64,000 nt of DNA from Chthoniobacter flavus (GTDB lineage Bacteria > Verrucomicrobiota > Verrucomicrobiia > Chthoniobacterales > Terrimicrobiaceae): positions 44,700 through 108,699 of the forward strand of contig CAMASH010000001.1 of assembly GCA_945860745.1 (NCBI GenBank), given 5' to 3'. Below, in pieces: positions 53,233 through 62,588 of the stretch (position 1 is its first letter; each line of letters starts with the position of its first letter). The position numbers and the translations under genes are program-made. The notes beneath the pieces were generated by a model. That model did not search any database and was not told the DNA's origin. It saw only the letters and a list, made by a program, of their open reading frames with translations.

Positions 53233-53685
53233 ATGTCCGGCGAACCACGGCCTGTGCGGAAATCTCTGCATCACACCGCGCCATCATTTGTTGAGGCCGG
53301 GGAAGTTTTCTTTCTCACCGTCTGCGCGGAAATCCGCGGTTCCCAGGACATCATTGCACCGCCCACTGCCAGGATTTTATTGGATAGCGCGCGATTCTAC
53401 CACGACTCCGGACGTTGGTGGCTCCGCCTCCTGGTCCTCATGCCCGATCATCTCCATGCTTTGGTGGCCCTGCCCGGACAGGAAATCCTCACCCGCACTG
53501 TCGGCGATTGGAAACGCTATGCCACACGGAAAACCGGACTCCATTGGCAGAAAAACTTCTTCGACCATCGTTTGCGTAATGACGAGAGCTTGGAGCAAAA
53601 AGCGCAATACATCCGGGAGAATCCCGTTCGAGCCGGATTGTGCACCACCCTCGACCAATGGCCGTGGTGGACAGAAAACCGGTAG
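53233..53685 (+). CDS. REP-associated tyrosine transposase (RAYT; IS200/IS605-like Y1 HUH transposase)
   Basis: 150 aa with the HUH motif (LMPDHLHALV) and catalytic-Tyr region (AQYIRENPVRAGL). The stop codon lies inside the right REP block. Confidence 0.8.
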   Translation: MSGEPRPVRKSLHHTAPSFVEAGEVFFLTVCAEIRGSQDIIAPPTARILLDSARFYHDSGRWWLRLLVLMPDHLHALVALPGQEILTRTVGDWKRYATRKTGLHWQKNFFDHRLRNDESLEQKAQYIRENPVRAGLCTTLDQWPWWTENR

Positions 53686-53822
53686 GGCCCGACCTCCGGG
53701 CGGGCCGTTGGATAGGGCAACCCCGCCCGAGGTAGGGCCCGATCTCCGAGCGGGCCGTTTTCTCTCAAGAGCCCAAAACTCGCAAAGGCGGCCCGCCCGG
53801 AGGTCGGGCCCTACCATTGCCA
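53683..53822. repeat. REP block (right), direct repeat of 53064-53202
   Basis: Same three-unit architecture with only a few substitutions or indels relative to the left block. Confidence 0.9.
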
Positions 53823-53833
53823 ATTCCCTCCGG

Positions 53834-55273
53834 TTACCGGCTTGCGGCCTGCGGCCAGACGATGTCTTTGCCTTCGAGGAGACCGCGGCGTTTGGAGAGC
53901 TTGGTGGCGTCTCCGTTGTCATCAGTGCCGTCGGGTCCGATGGCGTAGAGGAGGTATCCCTCGGCATTCCCACGCTGATAGCGCAGCGGATTGCCATCAA
54001 GGGGATCGAGCGGCACGATCGGAAGAAGACCCGGCACGAGATCTGTGAGGGATGGGGGATACTTCCCGTGGGCGAGCTTGCACCGCTGCAAGGCGAGGGC
54101 CGTCACGGTGAGGTGGGCCATGGCCTGGGTGGAGATGATGCGGTTCGTCGCGTTTTCGATGGTGGGAAAAATCATGCGGCTGAAAAGGCGTTCGAAGCCC
54201 GCACTGTTGAGTTGAGCTTGCAGTTTCCGGCTGGTTTCCAAAGCGGGTGTCCAAGGTCCTGCGAGCGGATCGGCAGGGACAAGGTCGATGAGAGTCTGAT
54301 AGTTTTCGAGGAACTGCTTCTCGTCGGCGTGACGGTAAACGGTGGCCCAGAGGAAAAAGCCCCCGACGGAAAGAATCTCATCGAGGGATTTCGGCAGGGA
54401 CGAAATGGTGGGGGTTGAGCCGGCGGACAACGAAGCGGTGAAGGTCGAAAAACTGGGGCTTTCAAAATAAGGCATGGCCATGGCCCTCTCCAGCCTCCAG
54501 AGGGGAATCAGGGTTGGCGTGATCCGGACCTCCGCCCATGCTTTTTGCAGAGTTTCAAGATCGGGCTCGGTGACTACGGAGGATTGCATCCACTCCCAAG
54601 TCAGGTTCTGCGCGATGCCGAGGAGGCTGGCGGTGATGAGACTGCTGATGAGGAGGGGTTGCTTGTTCGTCATGTTGGCCAGGCGCAGGATGGTCTGGAT
54701 ATTCGCAACCACGGCCGGACCGTTGTTTTCGCGCAGCAAAAGGATGCCTTCCTGGGCGAGAAATTGACCGGCTTTGAGCGATTCCGTGGCACCGGCCATC
54801 TCCATCGAAAATCCCTTGGTATAGTCGGGATGGATCTCCAGAAGGCGCGACTGGCTTGTCTCCCGGATGTCGGCCAGCCGCGGTGTCAGCGGACTGAATT
54901 TTTCCCGCAACTCCTCCCAGGCAACCGGTTTGCTGGCAACGGTGGCCTTCTCCTCGTGGTGTTTGACCACATTGAATCCGGGAGATTTCTCCTCCATGGT
55001 TTGGAGAGGTTGAATCTCATCGGCCCGGATTTTCTCTCCCAACTCCTTGCCAAGGGTGATGAGTTTTTTCGCGCCGTTGCCATCGAGGGGAGGGGCGGGC
55101 GGGACAAGGGCGGCACTATCGAAATGCTCGCCGCGGTTTTCGAGCGAGGCCTGATACGCCTCCAGTTGCCGGCGGGAGTGGCCGACGGCCAGGGTGGTCA
55201 ATCCGATGGCGGCGATGATCAGGAAGAACACCCATCCAGCCAGCCAGAGCAGGATGCGGGTGATTTTGCTCAT
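53834..55273 (-). CDS. Membrane-anchored hypothetical protein with a pseudopilin-G-like C-terminal motif
   Basis: 479 aa with an N-terminal TM helix (ILLWLAGWVFFLIIAAIGLTTLAV) and a long helical body. The C-terminus reads …GKYPPSLTDLVPGLLP…DPLDGNPLRYQRG…GYLLYAIGPDGTDDNGD. The start overlaps the upstream NRPS-like stop by 4 bp. Confidence 0.6.
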   Translation of the reverse strand: MSKITRILLWLAGWVFFLIIAAIGLTTLAVGHSRRQLEAYQASLENRGEHFDSAALVPPAPPLDGNGAKKLITLGKELGEKIRADEIQPLQTMEEKSPGFNVVKHHEEKATVASKPVAWEELREKFSPLTPRLADIRETSQSRLLEIHPDYTKGFSMEMAGATESLKAGQFLAQEGILLLRENNGPAVVANIQTILRLANMTNKQPLLISSLITASLLGIAQNLTWEWMQSSVVTEPDLETLQKAWAEVRITPTLIPLWRLERAMAMPYFESPSFSTFTASLSAGSTPTISSLPKSLDEILSVGGFFLWATVYRHADEKQFLENYQTLIDLVPADPLAGPWTPALETSRKLQAQLNSAGFERLFSRMIFPTIENATNRIISTQAMAHLTVTALALQRCKLAHGKYPPSLTDLVPGLLPIVPLDPLDGNPLRYQRGNAEGYLLYAIGPDGTDDNGDATKLSKRRGLLEGKDIVWPQAASR

Positions 55274-58200
55274 GAATTTTCAGAAGGCACCACCCACTCG
55301 CGCATGATGACGGCGAGACGCTTGACGGGTGGCTCGGACAGCATTTGTGCGGTGGGGCAGCTGATCGTTTCCACGATGGCTTCCGGCACAGAATTGATCC
55401 AGGCCTCCTCGACTTCGCGGCCCATGTCGGTGCCAAGGACGATCCCGGCGGGACCGGAAAGCGGCCGGGCCTTGTAGTTTTTCAAGGCGGCGAGATGGGC
55501 GGCGGCGACGGGCGTGCCAGGCGCTGATGGACCGGGAGCATTTTTCGCGGAGCCAAAGGAAAACACGCGGGAGAGGGTCCGTTTCCAATCATCCGGCACG
55601 GTGCTGTCCGGGGGCCGGGCTCCGGACAGCGCGAGGTAGGGAACCTGGCGTCCGGCGATGCGGAATTGCCGGGCCATCTCCATGGCGAGCACCGCCCCGT
55701 AGCCATAACCGAAAAGATGGTAGGGGCCGTCGGGGTCGAGCAGGCAAATGGTTTCCACCAGGGCGGCGGCTTCGGTTTCGACCGTGAGATGGCAGGCGGA
55801 AGGATTGGTCAGACCACGGGCAGTCGTTCCGTAAAGCGTCCAGTCGGTTTTGAGCAAGCCGGCGAGGGTGCGGTATTTTTCTGTTTCACCCTCGAGATCG
55901 TGGATGAGAAAAAGCACCGGGGCATCGGCGGTTTTTTCGAGGAGGACGAGGGGTTCCCAATCTTTGGCGGCGGGAGCGTGGCGCGGGGCGGACGGAGTTT
56001 CCTGGCGGGATGGCGTGGCGGGAGTCTCGGCGGGCCGGGGCAGGGCCGCGGCATGGATTTCCCCGGCGGAGGTGAGGGGAAGCTCCGAGACAGTGAGCAA
56101 AAAATCCGGCCGCAAATCTTCCGGCACCTGGCGGGAGACGAGTTGCAACAACCCGTCGGGAGAGGCGGTGGACCCCGGGCGTAAAATCACCCAAGCGCCG
56201 AACTCCGGCCGGCGACCGGTCTGCCCAGTGGCGCAGTGGGCATCGAGGATCTCGGGATGCTGGCGGAGGGCGGAGGAAGCGGCATCGCCTTGCGAGGTGA
56301 CGAAGTGAAAAATACCCGAACGGTCACGCCAGGCGGGAAGGGAATAGGTGCCGTCGTCCCCCGGCGGGAAGGAAATTTCCAGACGACCGGGGTAGCCGGG
56401 AGGGAGGGCCAGTCCGGCCGGATCCCGCAGGGTCGCGGTCACACCAGGACCCGGCAGCCCGATGGCGGTGTCGGGGACGGAAGCGCTGTCGGAGAAAACG
56501 GCGCGCACACCGGCACCGGAGAGGCCGGCCGGGCTGAAGATGAAAATGCCGGTGGCATGGCCATTTTGCAAAGCCCTCCACGAGGTCTGGCGTCCTGCGA
56601 GCGTGCCGGCGGTTTCGACGCAGACCACGCGCACGGATTCGGGCAGCGGACTTTCGGCCCGTTGCAAGCGCACGGTCAGGGCGCGCCATTGACCGGAGGA
56701 AAGCCGGAGGTGGGTGGGGGATCCGTTCTCGACCACGGCGAGGGGATCGTTTTCGTCTGGCAGCACCAGGGTCGCGCCGGACATCAGCGGGCAAAGCAGG
56801 GTTTCGACAAATGCCCCCGTGCCCGCGACCGACAATAAAGGAACGCGGTCGCCAGGGCCGAGAGCCTGCGCCGCAATCGTCTCGTGGCAGGCAAAGGCCA
56901 CAAAATCGGGACTTAGCGATCGCAAGGCTGGCGCGGCGTCGGTTTCCGTTCCGGTGAGAAGAAAGGCGTTTTTCTTGGCTGCACCCTCGCCGCCGCCCGT
57001 GCTGGCAGAAACGGTTTCCCATTGTTGGTCGAGGACAAGAAGTCGCCGGGTCGAACCGTCAAAAAACCGGGCAGTGCGCGAATCGCAAATGATTAGTTCG
57101 ACATCGGAACTCTCCATCTGCCCGGCTAACCAGGCGGGAGTGGCGTTGGGGTCCAGGGGCACGCAGGTGTCACCCGCCCGGAGAATACCCAGCACGGCCA
57201 CGGGCAGCCAGGGAGTCGGGGTGAGGCAGACGGCGATGTTCCATCCGTCCGCGAGGTTCTCGTTGCGCAGCCAGGTGGCCAGCGAGCGGGCGTGCGAATC
57301 GAGTTCGGCAAAAGAAAGGTCGGCGCCGTTCGGACCGGTGATGGCCAGCACATCCGGCTGGCGCGCCGCCGTGGCGGCGATCGTTTTCTCGACGGGTTGT
57401 GGTTTTTCCGGAGGAGGGGGCTTCGGAGCGGGGTTGAGAAACTGCATTTCCGCAGCGGTCAGGATGTTGACCCCTCCCACTTTATGCGTGGGATTCTCCA
57501 CGAGGTATTGAAGGGTTCTGGCCACGCGCTGGAGCAGGATCTCCGCCTCGGCCGGCGGACAAAGCGCGGGGTCGGACTGCAAGTGCAGGAGAAACCTGTT
57601 GCCGTCGCGCACCTGGAGAGTGAGGGGAAATTGGGAGTGGCTGACGATGCGGGCATCGAAATTGATCCAGCGGGGAAAGACATCGTGGATGCGGTCGTTC
57701 AGCGGCGGGGGAGACCACAGGAAGGCGGCGGGAAACTCGCGCACCTTGCGTGGAGGTTCGGCCAGGAGCAGGGCGCGCTCGAGGCTGATGGCGGCGTTCT
57801 GGGCGCGCTCTTTTGCCCCCCGCGCGATGTCTTTCAACCAGGACTCCACCCGCATGTCATTCTTGATCACGGTGCGGGCGGGCAGGAAGTTCTCCGGGCC
57901 GTTGGCCACCAGGAGGGCGTCGTCGCGCGTGGTGAGCCGGCTCAGAACGAGGGACCAGGCGGCCAGAAAAACATCGGGCTCCGCCACACCGAGTTGCTGG
58001 CAAAAGGCTTTGAGTTCCCGCGAGGCCTCGCGGTCCAGGAGAATGGAGTGCTCCTGCCGGGCGTTGCTCGCGTCCGCGGAAATGTTTTTCGGGTAAACGT
58101 CGAAATCCAGCGGCGCGGGATTCCCCGAAAAAAAGCGGGACCACCATTCCGCCGTGGCGGGTGAAGCGGGATCCGGGGAGTCCGCGGTTTCCTCCGGCTG

Positions 58201-58701
58201 GGGAACCGCGCCTTGCAGCGCCTCGATCCATTCGCACAAAATGTGGAAAAGCGCATCCTCATCGAGCAGCAACTTGGGAAAAGTGACGAGCAAATGGCAG
58301 TGTCCGCCGGGGAGTTCGATCGCTTGAAAACGGATGAGCGGGGGCTTGGCCGGATCGAAGGAATCGGCGGCATCCTTTTCCTGCAGGTCGCTCCACCGTG
58401 CGGAAATCTCCGCCGGCGAAACGTCCTTCCAGTCGAGCGATGACCAGGCAATTTCCGACGTGTCACGCGTGCGGTGGAGGGTTTCCCCCGTGGCGGCCTT
58501 GGAAAAATGAGAGCGCAAGATGCCGCGGGCGCCGGCCACCATCTGCCAGGCTTCGCGCAGGGCTCCGGCCGGACAGGACTCGCCGAGATTGAGTGACAAC
58601 TGGACGTTTTGAAACTTTGCATCCGTCGTGACGGAATGCAGGAAACACGCGGTGGCCAGGGCAGGGGAGGCGGGAGTTTCGGGCATTTCTTTACAAATCA
58701 A
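55270..58701 (-). CDS. NRPS-like C-A-TE protein with degenerate catalytic motifs and no recognisable carrier domain
   Basis: 1143 aa. The N-terminal ~430 aa is condensation-like. The middle has A-domain cores A1/A2 (LSFAELDSHARSLATWL; LGILRAGDTCVPLDPN) but later cores are degenerate. The C-terminal ~210 aa is an alpha/beta-hydrolase thioesterase-like domain (…VLFLIHDLEG…LFGYGYGAVLAMEMA…). Confidence 0.75.
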   Translation of the reverse strand: MICKEMPETPASPALATACFLHSVTTDAKFQNVQLSLNLGESCPAGALREAWQMVAGARGILRSHFSKAATGETLHRTRDTSEIAWSSLDWKDVSPAEISARWSDLQEKDAADSFDPAKPPLIRFQAIELPGGHCHLLVTFPKLLLDEDALFHILCEWIEALQGAVPQPEETADSPDPASPATAEWWSRFFSGNPAPLDFDVYPKNISADASNARQEHSILLDREASRELKAFCQQLGVAEPDVFLAAWSLVLSRLTTRDDALLVANGPENFLPARTVIKNDMRVESWLKDIARGAKERAQNAAISLERALLLAEPPRKVREFPAAFLWSPPPLNDRIHDVFPRWINFDARIVSHSQFPLTLQVRDGNRFLLHLQSDPALCPPAEAEILLQRVARTLQYLVENPTHKVGGVNILTAAEMQFLNPAPKPPPPEKPQPVEKTIAATAARQPDVLAITGPNGADLSFAELDSHARSLATWLRNENLADGWNIAVCLTPTPWLPVAVLGILRAGDTCVPLDPNATPAWLAGQMESSDVELIICDSRTARFFDGSTRRLLVLDQQWETVSASTGGGEGAAKKNAFLLTGTETDAAPALRSLSPDFVAFACHETIAAQALGPGDRVPLLSVAGTGAFVETLLCPLMSGATLVLPDENDPLAVVENGSPTHLRLSSGQWRALTVRLQRAESPLPESVRVVCVETAGTLAGRQTSWRALQNGHATGIFIFSPAGLSGAGVRAVFSDSASVPDTAIGLPGPGVTATLRDPAGLALPPGYPGRLEISFPPGDDGTYSLPAWRDRSGIFHFVTSQGDAASSALRQHPEILDAHCATGQTGRRPEFGAWVILRPGSTASPDGLLQLVSRQVPEDLRPDFLLTVSELPLTSAGEIHAAALPRPAETPATPSRQETPSAPRHAPAAKDWEPLVLLEKTADAPVLFLIHDLEGETEKYRTLAGLLKTDWTLYGTTARGLTNPSACHLTVETEAAALVETICLLDPDGPYHLFGYGYGAVLAMEMARQFRIAGRQVPYLALSGARPPDSTVPDDWKRTLSRVFSFGSAKNAPGPSAPGTPVAAAHLAALKNYKARPLSGPAGIVLGTDMGREVEEAWINSVPEAIVETISCPTAQMLSEPPVKRLAVIMREWVVPSENS

Positions 58702-58779
58702 TGACCTGCCGTGGCATGAGCATCCTGCTCATGCGGAAATCGCATCGGCTTGGAAGCCGAGGCCACTCGATTTTGGTGA

Positions 58780-60483
58780 CTACAAGTCGGCATCTGTTAC
58801 AGCGCCGAGTGAGGCTGTGGTCACGCAGGCGGCGTATTTGGCCAGGACGCCGCGGCGGTAGCGGGGTTTGGGTTGTTTCCATTTGGCCAACCGGGCCGCG
58901 ATCTCCTTTTTGGGAAGATCGAGATTCAGGGTGTGGCTGATGGCGTCGATCGTGATGCTATCGCCGTTTTTGACGATGGCCAGCGGACCGCCGTCGAAGG
59001 CTTCGGGAGTGATGTGGCCGACCACGAAACCATGGGTTCCGCCGGAGAAGCGTCCGTCGGTAATCAGGGCCACGTCCTTGCCCAGTCCGAGTCCCATCAC
59101 GGCGGCGGTGGGTGAGAGCATTTCGCGCATGCCGGGACCGCCGCGGGGTCCTTCGTAGCGGATGACGATCACGTCGCCTTTTTTGATTTTGCCATCGAGG
59201 ATGGCCTTAAGGGCTGTTTCCTCGCCGTCGAAAACGCGGGCGGTGCCGCTGAAACGGTTGCCTTCCTTGCCGCTGATCTTGGCCACGCCGCCGGCCGGCG
59301 CGAGATTGCCGCGGAGGATGACAAGGTGGCTGTCCTTCTTCAGGGGCTTGCTCAGCGGGGCGATAATTTCCTGGCCTTTGGGATAGGGTTTGAAGGGCGC
59401 GAGATTTTGTTTAAGGGTTTTCCCCGTGACGGTGAGGCAGTCGCCATGGAGGAGTCCGGCGTGGAGGAGTTCCTTCATCATGGGCACAATGCCGCCGATC
59501 TCCACGAGCTGGCTTATAAGGAAACGTCCGCTGGGTTTGAGGTCGGCCAGCACGGGCACGCGTTGGCCGATGCGGGTGAAATCGTCAATGGTCAGCTTGA
59601 TGTTTGCCGAATGCGCGATGGCCAGGAGATGGAGCACGGCGTTGGTCGAACCGCCGAGCGCGATGACGACCGTGATAGCGTTTTCGATGGCCTCGCGGGA
59701 AAAGATATCGGAGGGGCGGATGCCGCGTTTGAGCAGGTTGAGCACGGCCGCCCCGGCCTCGTGACAGTCGCGCACTTTGTGTTTCGACACGGCGGCTTGC
59801 GCGGAGCTGTTCGGCAGGGAAAGTCCCATGGCCTCAATGGCGGATGCCATGGTGTTGGCGGTGTACATTCCGCCGCAGGAACCCGGTCCGGGAATGGCGC
59901 AGGCTTCCACTTCGTGCATTTCCTTTTTTGTGATCTTGCCCGCGGCTTCCGCGCCGACGGCCTCAAAAACGGATATCACATCAAGGTTGCGACCGTTGAG
60001 ACAGCCCGGGAGAATGGTGCCGCCATAGACGAAAACTGCAGGGCGGTTCAATCGGGCGATGGCCATGCAACAAGCTGGCATGTTTTTATCGCATCCCCCG
60101 ATGGCCACGAAACCGTCGAAGCCCTGACACCCCACCACGGTTTCGATGGAATCTGCGATGACCTCGCGGGAAACGAGCGAGTATTTCATGCCTTCGGTGC
60201 CCATCGAGATGCCGTCGGAGATCGTGATGGTATTAAAGATGGTGGCCTTGCCGCCGGCCTGGTTGACGCCGAGGGCGGCCTCGCGCGCGAGCTGGTCGAT
60301 GTGCATGTTGCAGGGCGTGACCGCGCTCCAGGTCGAGGCGATCCCGATCTGCGATTTGGAAAAATCCGCCTCGGTGAAACCGACGGGATAGAGCATGGCG
60401 CGGCTGGGGGCGCGGCTTTCTCCATCAAGAACGAGAGAGGAATAGGGACGAAGGTTCGGTTTTTTACGGCTCGGGGTTCTCAT
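58780..60483 (-). CDS. ilvD: Dihydroxy-acid dehydratase
   Basis: …SRAMLYPVGF…IGIASTWSAVTPCNMH…GGCDKNMP…YGGTI…CGGMYTANTM…TDGRFSGGTHG…. Start chosen at MRTPSRKK (60483). Confidence 0.93.
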   Translation of the reverse strand: MRTPSRKKPNLRPYSSLVLDGESRAPSRAMLYPVGFTEADFSKSQIGIASTWSAVTPCNMHIDQLAREAALGVNQAGGKATIFNTITISDGISMGTEGMKYSLVSREVIADSIETVVGCQGFDGFVAIGGCDKNMPACCMAIARLNRPAVFVYGGTILPGCLNGRNLDVISVFEAVGAEAAGKITKKEMHEVEACAIPGPGSCGGMYTANTMASAIEAMGLSLPNSSAQAAVSKHKVRDCHEAGAAVLNLLKRGIRPSDIFSREAIENAITVVIALGGSTNAVLHLLAIAHSANIKLTIDDFTRIGQRVPVLADLKPSGRFLISQLVEIGGIVPMMKELLHAGLLHGDCLTVTGKTLKQNLAPFKPYPKGQEIIAPLSKPLKKDSHLVILRGNLAPAGGVAKISGKEGNRFSGTARVFDGEETALKAILDGKIKKGDVIVIRYEGPRGGPGMREMLSPTAAVMGLGLGKDVALITDGRFSGGTHGFVVGHITPEAFDGGPLAIVKNGDSITIDAISHTLNLDLPKKEIAARLAKWKQPKPRYRRGVLAKYAACVTTASLGAVTDADL

Positions 60484-60541
60484 AAGGTTTGGCAGGGTAC
60501 ATGACGGTTCGGGAGGGGGCAAAGGGAAAACCGGCGGCGCA

Positions 60542-61936
60542 TCACGGCTTTTCGCGGGTCTCGATGGTGGTGATGGCGTCCTGGATTTCCGCGGCTTGTT
60601 CTTTGTTCAACTGACCGCCGGCCAGCACGGCGCGATAATTGTCGAGAGCCGGTTTGGCCTGTCCCAGGCGGGCGTAGGCCTGGCCGAGATAAATCTGATA
60701 GTTGATCACCGGCAGGCCGGCCGATTTGCTGAGAGCGATGATCTTCTCCAGCACTTCGGCCTCGCGGGCATAGTCATTCAGCGTCCGGCAGATCCGGGCC
60801 GAGAGAAACAACGTGTAGAGATCGTCGGGATTGCGGGCGAGGACTTGCTCGACCAGGTCTTGGGCTCTGGCGGATTCGTTGATCTCAACGAGGGACAACG
60901 CCTGGACGATTTTTGCCTGGGCGAAATCCGGCTCGGAGGCGAGGGCTCTCTTGCTCAGGGAAATGGCGTCCTGCCAGCGTTTATGCGAGGCGGCGAAGGT
61001 GGCGGCATAAGCCAGCACGCTGGCGTTGTCGGGCGCGAGCTGGAGCGCGCGGTCCATGCAGGCCCGCGCGAGAGTGTTGCGCTGGATGGCATCGTAGCGT
61101 TCGGAAATCTGGGCGAGGTAAATCGCGGTTTCCAAGTCTGTGCCGAAACGGAAAGCATCCACGTCGAGGGATTCGACCGCCAGACCCGGACCGCGCCGGA
61201 AGAGATAGCCTTGGTTCGTAACAGCCATCGGATGCCAGTCGGGTGAGGCAATCAGATGCTCGAGCAGCGGGCGGTATTCGGCTACAGGGCCGGTGAGCAG
61301 CACGGCCTGCCATTTTTCCTTCCGGAGCTCCTCGCGCCACATTGCCGGATTGGCCGCGAGGCGACCGGCGTGCTCAGGAGGGATGGCTCCGGCGTCCGGC
61401 GTGGCGAAGAGCAGGAGGTGCACCTGACCGCTGGCATTGGCGAACAATTCGCCGTTGGAGAACTCGCGGGCTTGCCCGATCAATTCCACCGGGGCAGCCA
61501 GTTTGAGGTTGGAAATGTTCTGGCCGCGGCCGGACAATCGGCTCCAGGCCGCAGGCAGGCCACTGGCCAGCAAGAGCGCGGCGGCCGCGAGAGCGATGGT
61601 TCGTTCCGAACGCGGATTTTTTAGAAAACCAATGAGCAAACGCAGAGCAGCCAGCGCGAGGAAGGCCGCCACCGTCCAGCCCAGAAAAACTCCCAGCCAT
61701 TGCCCCCAGCCGAGCCAAGCCGCTCCGCCGGCGCGCCAAATTTCCCCGTTGAGATAATCGAGCGCGGAGGCACTGTAGCCGGCCAGTCGCCGTCCTGCGG
61801 CGAGTCCGCGGGCCGCCGAAAAAAGCGCCCCCTGCGATGGGAAGGCCGCGAAAAACGGCAGGGCGTGAAGAAATCCGCAAATGATTGCAGCGATCGCGGA
61901 CCAAACCGCGTATCTTAATGAGGAAATTCGACCCAT
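60542..61936 (-). CDS. Membrane-anchored TPR-repeat protein
   Basis: The N-terminal third has several TM helices. The C-terminal half shows repeated TPR-like A..A…P..A…Y patterns (…YLGQAYARLGQAKPALDNYRAVL…). Confidence 0.65.
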   Translation of the reverse strand: MGRISSLRYAVWSAIAAIICGFLHALPFFAAFPSQGALFSAARGLAAGRRLAGYSASALDYLNGEIWRAGGAAWLGWGQWLGVFLGWTVAAFLALAALRLLIGFLKNPRSERTIALAAAALLLASGLPAAWSRLSGRGQNISNLKLAAPVELIGQAREFSNGELFANASGQVHLLLFATPDAGAIPPEHAGRLAANPAMWREELRKEKWQAVLLTGPVAEYRPLLEHLIASPDWHPMAVTNQGYLFRRGPGLAVESLDVDAFRFGTDLETAIYLAQISERYDAIQRNTLARACMDRALQLAPDNASVLAYAATFAASHKRWQDAISLSKRALASEPDFAQAKIVQALSLVEINESARAQDLVEQVLARNPDDLYTLFLSARICRTLNDYAREAEVLEKIIALSKSAGLPVINYQIYLGQAYARLGQAKPALDNYRAVLAGGQLNKEQAAEIQDAITTIETREKP

Positions 61937-61981
61937 GACAAAAAAACTGTGGGAACTTTGCCTTTTTTTCCGAATCACGCA

Positions 61982-62488
61982 ATGAATCGAACACTCGCCA
62001 CCCTTTTCCTTATGAACCTTTTCGGATTTCTCGCCAAAGCCGAGCCCATCGCCGTGGGCTCACCCGCGCCTGGGCTTTCTGCGCTTGATCAGGACGGCAG
62101 CCCGGTGTCATTCGCCGCCGTCTACGCGCGCGGAATCACGCTGGTCTATTTTTATCCGAAGGCCGACACGCCCGGCTGCACCGCCCAGGCCTGCTCGCTG
62201 CGCGACTCGTTCGCGGATCTGCGGGCGGACGGATTGCAAATCCTTGGCGTGAGTCACGACACGCCCGCGTCGCAGAAAAAATTCCAGGAAAAATACACGC
62301 TGCCGTTCACCCTCATTTCCGACCACGATGGAAAAGTCGCGGCGGCTTTCGGAGTGCCCTCCCTGCTGGGATTCACCAGCCGCCAGTCCTTCCTCATCAA
62401 GGATGGCAAGGTGGCGTGGAATTCCTTGAAAGCAAAAACCAGCGATCACGCCGCGGAGGTGCAGGCGGCCTTGGACTCTTTGAAATAA
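61982..62488 (+). CDS. bcp: Thioredoxin-dependent peroxiredoxin, Bcp type, with signal peptide
   Basis: …VGSPAPGLSALDQDG…LVYFYPKADTPGCTAQAC…FQEKYTLPFTLISD…. Confidence 0.85.
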   Translation: MNRTLATLFLMNLFGFLAKAEPIAVGSPAPGLSALDQDGSPVSFAAVYARGITLVYFYPKADTPGCTAQACSLRDSFADLRADGLQILGVSHDTPASQKKFQEKYTLPFTLISDHDGKVAAAFGVPSLLGFTSRQSFLIKDGKVAWNSLKAKTSDHAAEVQAALDSLK

Positions 62489-62588
62489 CGCGTTGTCTTT
62501 CTTTTGATCCTGTGGATTATTGTCATCCCTCGCTGGCGATTCTGTATTGAACTTCAAAAAGAATTACGCGAAGGATGCTTCCGGTTAC

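Larger units (their letters stand above)
53064..53822 (+). mobile_element. REPtron-like unit: a RAYT gene bracketed by two directly repeated triple-REP blocks
   Basis: See the component features. The ~139-bp blocks at 53064-53202 and 53683-53822 are near-identical and in the same orientation. Confidence 0.8.

Noticed and set aside
53009-54000. ORFs reading through the REP blocks (53009-53212 minus, 53088-53294 plus, 53377-54000 minus, 53288-54418 plus) encoding VGPDLRAGR-type peptides
   Set aside because: They are translations of the palindromic REP units on both strands. They overlap the RAYT gene or the well-supported 53834-55273 gene.
55900-56100. Search for a hidden PCP/thiolation domain between the A-like and TE-like regions of the NRPS-like protein
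   Set aside because: The segment is a Pro/Ala/Thr/Ser-rich linker with no LGG(D/H)S-like motif or four-helix pattern visible by eye. This is recorded as an absence pending an HMM check, not as a feature.
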